A DNA stretch of 62,848 nucleotides, the filler included. It is 4 parts of 4 records of this genome, joined end to end, with 100 filler letters (N's around TTAATTAATTAA, not from the genome) between each part and the next. Parts side by side here need not be neighbours in the genome. Positions count along the whole stretch, not along the records: positions 49,659 to 62,848 come from SRR20825006_2419; 3 more parts are not named here. One strand, written 5' to 3'. The position numbers and the translations under genes are program-made. The notes beneath the pieces were generated by a model, which searched no databases, was not told the origin of the DNA, and saw nothing but the letters and a program-made list of their open reading frames with translations. This document shows positions 49,859 through 59,058 of this stretch, in pieces. Position 1 is the stretch's first letter. Each line of letters begins with the position of its first letter.

Positions 49859-51016
49859 ATGAGTCAGAAAAAAGGCGTAGCAATATTGGGTTCAACTGGA
49901 TCTATCGGTACACAAGCATTGGAAGTTATTGAATCGTATCCGGAATTATTCGATCTGCAAATTTTAACGGCAAATTCGAACAGTACGTTGCTGATTCAGC
50001 AGGCGTTAAAGTATTTACCCAATACGGTTGTAATTGCTGACGAAACGCGCTACGCGGAAGTTAGAGATGCTTTGCAAGATCATGACATTCATGTGTACGC
50101 TGGAAACGACGCAATCGCCCAAGTGGTGGAGTCGAATGAAGTACACGTTGTGCTTACGGCGCTTGTGGGTTATGCTGGACTCAAACCAACGCTTTCTGCC
50201 ATCAGAGCAGGAAAAGACATTGCACTCGCGAACAAAGAAACGTTAGTTGTTGCGGGAGAAATCGTGACCCGTGAAGCGAGAGAAAGAGGAGTGAATATTT
50301 ATCCTGTTGATTCGGAGCACTCGGCGATTTTTCAATGTTTGGTAGGTGAATTCCACAATCCAATTGAGAAAATTTACCTTACAGCTTCTGGCGGACCTTT
50401 CCGTGGTTGGTCGAAAGAGCAATTAGCGAACGTTACCAAAGAACAGGCGTTGAAACACCCGAATTGGGAAATGGGTGCGAAAATCACGATTGATTCTGCG
50501 AGTTTGATGAACAAAGGCTTGGAAGTAATTGAAGCGAAATGGTTGTTTAATTTACGCCCCGATCAAATTGATGTAATCGTGCATCCGCAGTCGATTGTAC
50601 ACTCGCTCGTGCAGTTCGAGGATGGAAGTATGAAGGCGCAAATGGGCTTGCCCGATATGAAATTGCCGATTCAATTTGCGTTGACGTATCCGAAGAGACT
50701 GAAAACCGACTTTCCACGATTTAACTTCATGGATTACCCAAATTTAACCTTCGAACAGCCGGATCGTGAAACGTTCAACAACCTTAATCTAGCTTTCGAA
50801 GCAATGACTATGGGCGGAAACGCGGCGTGTGCTTTGAATGCGGCGAATGAAATCAGCGTTGCAGCGTTTTTGAAAGATCAAATAGGTTTTTTGGACATTG
50901 CACGGATTAACGAAGCGACGATGCATGCCGTTTCTGCGGTTAAAGTTCCGACTTATGAGGACTATGTGGCTTCAGATGCAGAAGCACGAAGGTTGGCGTT
51001 GGAAATGGTGGGGTAA
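49859..51016 (+). CDS. dxr: 1-deoxy-D-xylulose-5-phosphate reductoisomerase
   Basis: LGSTGSIG, LANKETLV, PVDSEHSAIFQ, LTASGGPF, HPNWEMGAKITIDSA, NAANE. Confidence 0.98.
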   Translation: MSQKKGVAILGSTGSIGTQALEVIESYPELFDLQILTANSNSTLLIQQALKYLPNTVVIADETRYAEVRDALQDHDIHVYAGNDAIAQVVESNEVHVVLTALVGYAGLKPTLSAIRAGKDIALANKETLVVAGEIVTREARERGVNIYPVDSEHSAIFQCLVGEFHNPIEKIYLTASGGPFRGWSKEQLANVTKEQALKHPNWEMGAKITIDSASLMNKGLEVIEAKWLFNLRPDQIDVIVHPQSIVHSLVQFEDGSMKAQMGLPDMKLPIQFALTYPKRLKTDFPRFNFMDYPNLTFEQPDRETFNNLNLAFEAMTMGGNAACALNAANEISVAAFLKDQIGFLDIARINEATMHAVSAVKVPTYEDYVASDAEARRLALEMVG

Positions 51017-51025
51017 CTTATTCTT

Positions 51026-51718
51026 CTAAAACACCCAACAAAAGACACCTGCTCGTCCATACGCGCCGCCACCATATCCTCCTTCCAAAGCAATTCCCCA
51101 TCGCCCGCCTGTAGGATAATATTGCAATCCGTATCCTATCCGATAAGCAAAAGTTGCGGGTTGAAGCAACTTCTGTGTCTGAAAATTCGGGTCATTACTT
51201 GTAATCGTTTCCTTGATATTATTCACTCCTCCCTGAAAAGTGAGGTAACCTATGCTCTTCGGTCGAACAAAGGTCATGTGATTGATACTAAGCATTGTTC
51301 TATGTTGAACAAAACTGCGCGTTGTATCGATTTGGCTTCCAGTGTATTGCTGGTTTATCTCAAAATGTGCCTGTGAATAATCAATCCCAAGCCCCAATAC
51401 TCTATATGGAATTTTGAAAGATGGAATATACTTTTCTATCCGCACGCCGAAAAGACCTACTGTGGAAAATTCTTGCTGAGTTGTTGTTTGTATCGAAAAA
51501 CGCTCTAAATACTCTTGCTTCTCAGAGCTTGGAAATCCGTAGTAAGTATTCAACTGAACAGAGCCACCACTTCCACTGCACGGCTCATATTGAACCGAAT
51601 AGGTCGTTCCTTCTAAACCTCGAATGCTTGAACTAGTTGAAGTCGTTTTAAAACAATAACATCCAGAGAGCGAAAAGAGTCCAATTACCGCGAAAAAATA
51701 AAATAGCGTTGTTTTCAA
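51026..51718 (-). CDS. Hypothetical lipoprotein/outer-membrane beta-barrel-like protein
   Basis: TTG start, LSGC lipobox, alternating aromatic/Gly beta-strand pattern, terminal Phe; fills the gap exactly. Confidence 0.6.
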   Translation of the reverse strand: MKTTLFYFFAVIGLFSLSGCYCFKTTSTSSSIRGLEGTTYSVQYEPCSGSGGSVQLNTYYGFPSSEKQEYLERFSIQTTTQQEFSTVGLFGVRIEKYIPSFKIPYRVLGLGIDYSQAHFEINQQYTGSQIDTTRSFVQHRTMLSINHMTFVRPKSIGYLTFQGGVNNIKETITSNDPNFQTQKLLQPATFAYRIGYGLQYYPTGGRWGIALEGGYGGGAYGRAGVFCWVF

Positions 51719-51955
51719 AAGATTGCGTTTTGTACCTTACAATATAGTTGGAAATTTTATAATGAAATCCTGAATAGCTCTTCAAATAAACGGAGAGACG
51801 TTAATCCGAAACTCTCTATAAACGAGTCTAAACAGTTTATTCTAGAGAACATAATATACATGAGCTAGGATCAAACCCCGATTAACTTCACAAAAAATTC
51901 GAACTTTACCCTAGCATTCACTACATTGAATCGTTCGAACAATAACTTATAGATT

Positions 51956-52498
51956 ATGGAATACAAACACATTGAAGAATCCCAACTTGCCATGACGCAG
52001 CTGATGCTTCCCTCTCACTCAAATTTCAGTGGATACATTCACGGTGGGTATATCCTAAACCTAATGGATCAGGTAGCTTTCGCTTGTGCATCTAAGCATT
52101 CCGGACATTACTGTGTGACTGCTTCTGTCAATACCGTTGATTTCCTAAATCCAATTGAAGTGGGAGATTTATTAACGTTAAAAGCTTCTATTAACTACAC
52201 TGGAAGAACGTCAATGGTAGTTGGGTTGAGAATTGAATCTGAAAATATTAAAACGGGGGTAATTAAACATTGCAACTCTTCTTATTTTACAATGGTTGCT
52301 AAGGACGACTCTGGTCAAACGACTCCCATACCGGGGTTAATTCTAAACTCGGAGGAAAGTATTCGGCGATTTGCAAGAAGCATTGCCAGACAGCAACAAG
52401 CCAAAGACCGAAGAGAAAGCTTTGATGTTGCGGAATTTAAAGTCGCTGAGCACATCAAAAAATTTGAAAATCAGAATGCGCGCATCGAATTAGATTGA
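51956..52498 (+). CDS. Acyl-CoA thioesterase (YciA-like hotdog fold)
   Basis: NFSGYIHGG.IL..MD, VTASV..VDF, TGRTSM.VG, YFTMVA. Confidence 0.93.
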   Translation: MEYKHIEESQLAMTQLMLPSHSNFSGYIHGGYILNLMDQVAFACASKHSGHYCVTASVNTVDFLNPIEVGDLLTLKASINYTGRTSMVVGLRIESENIKTGVIKHCNSSYFTMVAKDDSGQTTPIPGLILNSEESIRRFARSIARQQQAKDRRESFDVAEFKVAEHIKKFENQNARIELD

Positions 52499-52717
52499 TC
52501 TGACTCATCGTTGACCTCCCAAACTTAAACAGAAGAACAATCACCACTTCTAAAAATTATTTAATCTTCGTTCTAACCAATTGAAAATATTGCTAATTTT
52601 CGCCCCGAAAGGTTAATAAATTTACTTTTTGCTCAAGATTCGTTCGCCTTCCAAGCCGAATAAATCCTATCACTAAGAAATAGAAGATAACCTAAAACCT
52701 AAATAATAAAACAATTC

Positions 52718-53248
52718 ATGAAAAAGACAATTTTTACAATTGCTATTGCTGTATTCACACTTCTCTCTTTGGGTTCTTGTGTAACTACTAACAAAGGATT
52801 TCAATCTAGCCCAGTAGTTGCTAGAAACGTGCAACTCGATCCAATTAAGGCTGATCTTAACGTAGACGAAGCAACAAAACTCCACGGCGAAAGTAGTTCT
52901 TCGTATTTTTTAATTTTCCGAGTTAGCGGCGACAAAACGTTTGCTGATGGAATAAACTACAGCACTGATGCTTCGGCAAGTATCATACAGCAATTAAATC
53001 CACTTAAAATTGCCCTTTCAGGTCGATTAAATAAGGTGAGAGGTGCAGCTGCGTATAAAGCACTGAGCACTGGTGATTATGACGTATTGGTTCATCCAAA
53101 CTACACAACGACCGTGGAAAACTACATCCTTTTCAAACGATACAAAGTTACGGTTGAAGGTTACGGAGCGAAATACGAAAACTTCAGAACGGAACGCCAG
53201 AAAATTGTCATCCTAGAAAGTGGTAAGGAAATTATCATACAAGATTAA
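52718..53248 (+). CDS. Hypothetical lipoprotein
   Basis: MKK plus hydrophobic core plus LGSC lipobox; AAAYKAL...DVLVHPNY...VTVEGY; has its own terminator. Confidence 0.75.
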   Translation: MKKTIFTIAIAVFTLLSLGSCVTTNKGFQSSPVVARNVQLDPIKADLNVDEATKLHGESSSSYFLIFRVSGDKTFADGINYSTDASASIIQQLNPLKIALSGRLNKVRGAAAYKALSTGDYDVLVHPNYTTTVENYILFKRYKVTVEGYGAKYENFRTERQKIVILESGKEIIIQD

Positions 53249-53274
53249 ATTCCGGAATTTACAGATAGATTGAC

Positions 53275-53304
53275 AGAGAGGACTTCGGTTCTCTCTTGTT
53301 TTTT
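53275..53304 (+). terminator. Intrinsic terminator with a cUUCGg tetraloop
   Basis: AGAGAGGAC-TTCG-GTTCTCTCT followed by TGTTTTTT. Confidence 0.85.
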
Positions 53305-53321
53305 ATAAGACCATTTCAACG

Positions 53322-53354
53322 AAAAAAACCGACACTTTTTCAAGTATCGGTTTT
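53322..53354 (-). terminator. Intrinsic terminator of the aminopeptidase gene
   Basis: Minus strand reads AAAACCGATACTT-GAAA-AAGTGTCGGTTTTTTT. Confidence 0.8.
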
Positions 53355-53389
53355 CTCTGGTTTTTCGTAATTATGGTTTATTCCTTGGT

Positions 53390-54619
53390 TTAAAGGGATA
53401 ATTTCTTTTTCATCGCTTTCGAAAGTCCATCCTTGTGCAAATACACATTGATCGTTTTCCATTTGAAATAGCTCTCCGAAACATACAAATATCCTTCTGG
53501 ATAGTTTCCTGTTCCCCATGAGTTTTTCACCAAGAAATAACGCGTTCCTTTCTGATCTTTATACATACCAACGATGTGCATTCCGTGATCGTCAGTGGTT
53601 GTTTTGTTATCGTAACCTTCCTGGCGAACTTCAGGTGTAACATTCACTTCCTCTACTGGAGTTTTGAATGCGTTCGATGTCTTTTCTGCTCCTGCATCGG
53701 AAAAGTTCTTGTTGTCCGCTCCAGACACTTTAATTGTCGCAGCATCTACTGGATTAATCGCTAAACCATTGCTAAAGCTAAATCCGTCTTCTGAAACATC
53801 AGCTCCCCATGCAAGTGTGTAGCCATTTTTCAAAGCTTCAACTGTTGCTTCCACTAAATCGTCAAGACTTACATTGTAGCTCGTTCCCCAAGCCCAATTG
53901 TCTGGAATCTCCAACAAACACTCTTTGTTCATTTCGTGATTCGTGAACGACGTCAGAGAAACATACTGATCCATGTCTAACCCGATCGCTTTTGCGTAAG
54001 AAGTTGGTGTGTATTTTTTTCCTTCGAACTCAAATTCTTTTGGATCTGGTCCTAAGTAAGCGTCTAAAATTCCATTCAACGCATTTTTCCACGCAGGCGA
54101 TAATGATTTTGTTGAACGTGAATTCAAGTGTCCTAAAACTCCTTGTACAGCTCCGTCTAACAAACTAAACATTTCGCTATGGTTGTGACGATCTGTTCCG
54201 TAATTCAATCCTTTGTACACTTGCTCTGGCACAATTCCGTAATGTCTAATTACATAAGGAATGTCGTGAAATGCTCCTCCTTGAGAAAAGTTGATTTTTC
54301 CATCCATGCGGATGTATTTCTCTGCTTTGGATTCATACGCCTTTCTTACGATGTACATTTCAGATAACAACGCAGGATTTTTCGCTCCCTGACGTATTAA
54401 TTCAGACTCAAAGAAAGAGAGTGCAGAAAAACTCCAACACGTTCCTGTATAGCCTTGGTCTTGGACTGGCGTAGCATCTAAGTGAGCGACTTTTGTGAGT
54501 TTGTATTCACTTCCAACTCCGTTTGTAACTGGTTCTGTATAGCCAAACTGTCCAAAACTAAATCCGATAGATATTCCGGTTAGTGCGGCAGTAAAAATAA
54601 ATTTTTTCATGTAGTTCAT
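53390..54619 (-). CDS. Exported C1-family cysteine aminopeptidase (aminopeptidase C/bleomycin hydrolase-like)
   Basis: QGYTGTCWSF (Cys), DDHGMHIVG (His), KNSWG (Asn); signal peptide; TATATTTG element at 54638-54631. Confidence 0.93.
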   Translation of the reverse strand: MNYMKKFIFTAALTGISIGFSFGQFGYTEPVTNGVGSEYKLTKVAHLDATPVQDQGYTGTCWSFSALSFFESELIRQGAKNPALLSEMYIVRKAYESKAEKYIRMDGKINFSQGGAFHDIPYVIRHYGIVPEQVYKGLNYGTDRHNHSEMFSLLDGAVQGVLGHLNSRSTKSLSPAWKNALNGILDAYLGPDPKEFEFEGKKYTPTSYAKAIGLDMDQYVSLTSFTNHEMNKECLLEIPDNWAWGTSYNVSLDDLVEATVEALKNGYTLAWGADVSEDGFSFSNGLAINPVDAATIKVSGADNKNFSDAGAEKTSNAFKTPVEEVNVTPEVRQEGYDNKTTTDDHGMHIVGMYKDQKGTRYFLVKNSWGTGNYPEGYLYVSESYFKWKTINVYLHKDGLSKAMKKKLSL

Positions 54620-54679
54620 GGTTTATGGAACAAATATAACGATCCATTTAATGGAATAGCACAAGAATTACACCAAAAC

Positions 54680-55843
54680 CTATTTTAGGATCCATCCTTG
54701 GAATCCAAGGTTTTGCGCCTTTTCTTGAATTTTGGTTAGTGATTCTTCTGAAATGGCAGCTCCTGCCGAAACTCGGTGAAGTCCATTTTTTACATCTACT
54801 ATTTCTCCGTTTAAGCCGTCTGCTTTAAGTCGACTAACAAGGTTTTTTGCATTCTCTTCACTTCCAAAACAACCTACAATGAAGTGCATTTTATTTGAAG
54901 TAAATGCGACCTCTCGCTCGGGTGTTTTCTCAGCTTCAACAACAGAAACGAGTTCTTCTCTTCCTAGGTTAACGTGAACGTAAGTATTGTCTCCAAAGTC
55001 GTAGGTAAATACCTTTGTTTCTTCGGAAATTCCCGCCAACTGCTGTTCTAGCGTAGGGTCCGTGTTGAACTCAAATCCGATTTTCTCTGAAAATGATGTC
55101 TTTTTATAAGTTCCTTCTACCGAACGGTAAAATGGATTAAAATCTTTAATTGAAAGCATTCCCGACTCCAACACATCTGTTTTCATAGGAATCCAGATTG
55201 AATAGAACGCGATTGGTAAAACACATGCCGCTGCGACATATTTCCATACTTTTCGTTTCGGTGATGCTACAGGAATTGGTTTTGCTGCGTTTCCTTTTTG
55301 TTGCTTTTCAACAACTCTCTTCTCCGAATTCAGCTGAACAATTGGAGTTTCTTTTACTGCTGCGACAGGCGTAAGCGGCAATAATTCCTCTGCTTCTATC
55401 TGCTCGTCAATTTCCGAAACTTGTTCTTCAGTAACAAATTGAACTTGCCCTAGTCCAAAAGACTCGAGAAGTAGATTGAAAAAGCGGTCTTGCTCAAAAC
55501 GAATTGTGTTTTGATCGTCCATGTATAAACGACCAACTCTATCAATTTCTATTTGTCCACCCGACTTTAACACTGCTTTCCACTGCGACACGTTTTGTGT
55601 AATCGCTGATGTTGCGTTAACGAAAGATTCTTTATTTACCTGAGCGAACTCGTTAATGAGTAATCCATCGTTGTTCACTAATTGTCTGTTAAACAAAAGT
55701 GATTTAGTTGGAGGATTCATTGTTCCCTTTTCGAAATCAATGCGTGCAGGAATTTTTTGTGCAACAAATCCACCAAAGAAAGGAACGATCACACAATTGT
55801 GACGCAAAAGTAAGTCTCCGATGAGTTGTTCAACTGTTACCAT
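54680..55843 (-). CDS. HU-like (HU-CCDC81-type) domains plus TM plus C-terminal SPOR domain
   Basis: LLLRHNCVIVP.FGGF, NNDGLL, GRL, SFGL at the N-terminus; single TM KYVAAACVLPIAFYSIW; HFIVGCF...NA..L...L at the C-terminus; TATTTTTG element at 55856-55849. Confidence 0.82.
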   Translation of the reverse strand: MVTVEQLIGDLLLRHNCVIVPFFGGFVAQKIPARIDFEKGTMNPPTKSLLFNRQLVNNDGLLINEFAQVNKESFVNATSAITQNVSQWKAVLKSGGQIEIDRVGRLYMDDQNTIRFEQDRFFNLLLESFGLGQVQFVTEEQVSEIDEQIEAEELLPLTPVAAVKETPIVQLNSEKRVVEKQQKGNAAKPIPVASPKRKVWKYVAAACVLPIAFYSIWIPMKTDVLESGMLSIKDFNPFYRSVEGTYKKTSFSEKIGFEFNTDPTLEQQLAGISEETKVFTYDFGDNTYVHVNLGREELVSVVEAEKTPEREVAFTSNKMHFIVGCFGSEENAKNLVSRLKADGLNGEIVDVKNGLHRVSAGAAISEESLTKIQEKAQNLGFQGWILK

Positions 55844-55910
55844 AATTACAAAAATAGCTAAAACACTGGAATTGAGCTATTGATCAGTGTACGAATTTTA
55901 TCCGTTTCGG

Positions 55911-56639
55911 TTACAAAAAGTGCAGTACTTTTTCCACATCTGCAGGCACGTCGATGTTTGGTGTTTCAATCGTTGTTGTTACTACGTTGATTTTATATCC
56001 ATAGTACAACCAGCGTAATTGTTCCAGAGATTCGACCTTTTCGAGCTGAGTGGGTGCAAGTTGAACCAATTCATTTAGGATGTTTTTGCGGTAAGCATAT
56101 AATCCAATATGGCGTAAAAACGGAAAACTTTCCTTCGCTTCCTGAGAAGCATGATAATCGTTTGGAATTGCACTTCTGGAAAAATACATTGCTTCACCGT
56201 GAGCATTTGTTACCAATTTGACTCTATTTGGATTCAGAAGTTCTTCTTTGTCCTTGCAAGCGATTCCCAAGGTGGCAATTTGAACCAGCGGATTCGAAAA
56301 AACAGCGCATAATTGATCCAATTGCTCTGTGCTCACCAATGGTTCATCACCTTGAATGTTGATAATGACGTCTGCGTCGATAGCTTTCGCAAGCTCTCCA
56401 CAGCGATCAGTTCCCGTTGTATGTTCTTCGGAAGTCATCATCACTTCCCCGCCAAAACGGGTTACTTCATCAAAAATGCGTTGGTCGTCCGTCGCCACAA
56501 TTACCCGTGAAAGCAAAGAAGCCTTTGAAGCTCCCTCCACAACTCGTTGGATCATTGTTTTTCCTTTGAGGTCGATTAAAGGTTTTCCAGGAAATCTGGA
56601 AGATTGGTATCTCGCGGGAATAATTCCAACTATTTTCAT
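55911..56639 (-). CDS. kdsB: 3-deoxy-manno-octulosonate cytidylyltransferase
   Basis: IPARYQSSRFPGKPL, ATDD, GTDR, NIQGDEP, YFSR, HIGLYAY, LEQLR. Confidence 0.97.
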   Translation of the reverse strand: MKIVGIIPARYQSSRFPGKPLIDLKGKTMIQRVVEGASKASLLSRVIVATDDQRIFDEVTRFGGEVMMTSEEHTTGTDRCGELAKAIDADVIINIQGDEPLVSTEQLDQLCAVFSNPLVQIATLGIACKDKEELLNPNRVKLVTNAHGEAMYFSRSAIPNDYHASQEAKESFPFLRHIGLYAYRKNILNELVQLAPTQLEKVESLEQLRWLYYGYKINVVTTTIETPNIDVPADVEKVLHFL

Positions 56640-56640
56640 T

Positions 56641-59013
56641 CTAAAATTTCATTTGAAGTTGAACAAGAAAATTTCTCGGCGGTTGAACATCTCCAGGTCG
56701 CGTCACATATTCGGCATTGAGTAAATTGTTTACGGCCAATCCCACGCGATAATGCTCTGAAATTTCGTATCCCATACGTGCGTCATACACTACGTTTGGA
56801 CCATCATTCTTCTCTCTATATTCCTTTAACCCTGGCAAGATGTACACTCCACTTGTAATTTCATCCTCAAAAATACGATCAATGTTAGACATAAAACTAT
56901 TGTATCTCATCGAAAACCCAACGCTCATGCCTTTCCATTTTGCTTCAACATCTGCTTTCGCCAAATGTTTGAATCGGTATTTCAAAATATTCGATCCAGA
57001 ATCCGAAAATGTGGCTGTGTATGCAGAATCTTGGTTTAAGCTTACTGGATTCATGTATGTGTATCCAATCAACGAAGTCAACTCTACTTCCTTTATTTTT
57101 CCTTGACTATTGAACGAAATCTCTGCTCCCGTAATTCGTGCAGATTCAGCATTCACGGCACTAAATCCAAAGAGATCACCGATTTTATACCCAGAACTGA
57201 AGATCTCGCTAATTTGAGCTCCAAAATCAGGAGAATTCGGATCCAGTTTTTGATTTGTTTCTGGATTGAACACTCCAAATTGGAATTCCATCATGTTGCT
57301 GTATTCGTTAATAAAACCAGCAACATCGATTAATCCTTTCCAGTTATCACCAATCTTAACTCCTTGTTTGAATCCAATTTCCGCAGCCCATCCCGTTTCT
57401 GGCTTGAGTTGAGGATTCGGAAACACCAAAAGCGCACCAACGGCCGTTTTTGTATAACGTTCTGCAACAGAAGGATAACGAATTCCCTGTCCGAAAGACG
57501 CTCTGATGTGCGAAAATTTTGCGACTTCGTAGTGTGCTCCAAGTCTGAAAATAGGATATACGGGAAGTGAAAAACTTGAATCTTTTCCGAGGTAGAAATC
57601 AGAATCTCCCTTTCGATTGTCTTGCTCCGCATATTCTAATCTCATTCCTCCCGTTAAGTCCAACTTCCTGATTCGTTGTTCATATTGGGCGTACGCCGCT
57701 ATGTTATTTGCAAAGTGATCACCGAATAGATTAGAGCCTACATCAGTTCGGATGTACGTCGCCCCAGTTGTAAGCGCTGTTCCATCATTCCATTTGTGCT
57801 GAAACTGATAATCTCCATACGCTACTGATGATGTTGAAGATTGCGCCTTGTTGGTCAAATTGCTATTCTCTACAAAGTACAATCTCGTTTTTACGGTGTG
57901 TAAATTATTGTTTTTATCGAAAATCTTCACGTAGGGATCAATGCTGAATCGAAGTCCAGTGTTATACGTGAGTGTAGAATTCACATCACTTGTGTCTGCA
58001 CCACCGCTTGGAGTGTATGCCAAAGAATCGCTTTCCCAGATAATAAAGTTTCCCGTTTTTTGGTACTGCAAATTATACCCGATTCCCGCTTTTAGTTTTG
58101 GCATTTTCTGTGGACGGAAAAACAACGTCCCGCTCACTCTTCCTCTCGTTTCCTCTTCTCCTTCGCGATAGCCTGGATTTGTATAACCATTCGCGGAAAC
58201 CGTATATCCGAAGCTTTTCTTCATTTTGCCATAATACACGTCTCCGGTATAATAAACTGGGTTTTTCGACCACCATTTTAGAGACGATCTTTTTGGATCA
58301 CCATAAACTCCAGACTGAATTTTTGCACGAATTTCACCTTTTGTTGAAGGTTCACGTTCAGAGAGAGAGATGATTCCATTCAAAGCACCACTTCCATAAA
58401 GCACAGAAGATGCGCCCTTCAATATTTCAATTTGCGAGGCTTGCTCCATTGGGATAGAGTTCCATTTTGCATCGCCAGCATCGCCAGAGAGAATTGGAAT
58501 TCCGTTCCACAACAACAAAACACGACTTCCTGCGCCATAAGCAAATCCGCTTCCGCCGCGAATACTCACTTGTCCGTCCATAGCGTATACGCCAGGGCTT
58601 TGATCAACTGCTTGCTCAACATTTGTCAAACCCTTATTTTCAAACAATTCAGGACGAATTATCTCCATTGAAATTGGAACATCTTCTATATCTTGTTCTC
58701 TTCTTCCTGCAGAAACAACCACCGTTTTCACCTCTTGAAATGCTGGTTTCATCTCAATTTTTATCTCTCCTTCTTTCTGGACAACTATTGTGTCGTTTGC
58801 GAGAGTTTGTGCCGAAATAATCAACGTGGTTGGATACGAAGCAGGTCGAATAACAAACTTTCCATCAATATCACTTAATGCCTTTTCCCCTGTTGAGGCA
58901 ATGATTTTCGCTCCAATAACGGGCTGATTATTTTCCGTCTCAATGATGAGTCCCTTAATTTGGGAAAAAAGCGAATAGGGTATCAGTAAGATAAGTACTA
59001 GCAGGTGTTTCAT
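56641..59013 (-). CDS. TonB-dependent receptor
   Basis: Signal peptide, CarboxypepD-like N-domain, VVVSA TonB-box region, plug motifs (SIRG, IEILKGASSVLYG), LKPE, NNLLN, terminal F. Confidence 0.93.
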   Translation of the reverse strand: MKHLLVLILLIPYSLFSQIKGLIIETENNQPVIGAKIIASTGEKALSDIDGKFVIRPASYPTTLIISAQTLANDTIVVQKEGEIKIEMKPAFQEVKTVVVSAGRREQDIEDVPISMEIIRPELFENKGLTNVEQAVDQSPGVYAMDGQVSIRGGSGFAYGAGSRVLLLWNGIPILSGDAGDAKWNSIPMEQASQIEILKGASSVLYGSGALNGIISLSEREPSTKGEIRAKIQSGVYGDPKRSSLKWWSKNPVYYTGDVYYGKMKKSFGYTVSANGYTNPGYREGEEETRGRVSGTLFFRPQKMPKLKAGIGYNLQYQKTGNFIIWESDSLAYTPSGGADTSDVNSTLTYNTGLRFSIDPYVKIFDKNNNLHTVKTRLYFVENSNLTNKAQSSTSSVAYGDYQFQHKWNDGTALTTGATYIRTDVGSNLFGDHFANNIAAYAQYEQRIRKLDLTGGMRLEYAEQDNRKGDSDFYLGKDSSFSLPVYPIFRLGAHYEVAKFSHIRASFGQGIRYPSVAERYTKTAVGALLVFPNPQLKPETGWAAEIGFKQGVKIGDNWKGLIDVAGFINEYSNMMEFQFGVFNPETNQKLDPNSPDFGAQISEIFSSGYKIGDLFGFSAVNAESARITGAEISFNSQGKIKEVELTSLIGYTYMNPVSLNQDSAYTATFSDSGSNILKYRFKHLAKADVEAKWKGMSVGFSMRYNSFMSNIDRIFEDEITSGVYILPGLKEYREKNDGPNVVYDARMGYEISEHYRVGLAVNNLLNAEYVTRPGDVQPPRNFLVQLQMKF

Positions 59014-59058
59014 CTGAATATTTTTCGTAAATTCAAGAAGCCTAAAATACCATTATTT

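Noticed and set aside
59005..59058. dprA N-terminal extension overlapping the receptor start
   Set aside because: GTG at 59059 gives a normal-length DprA with no head-to-head overlap.
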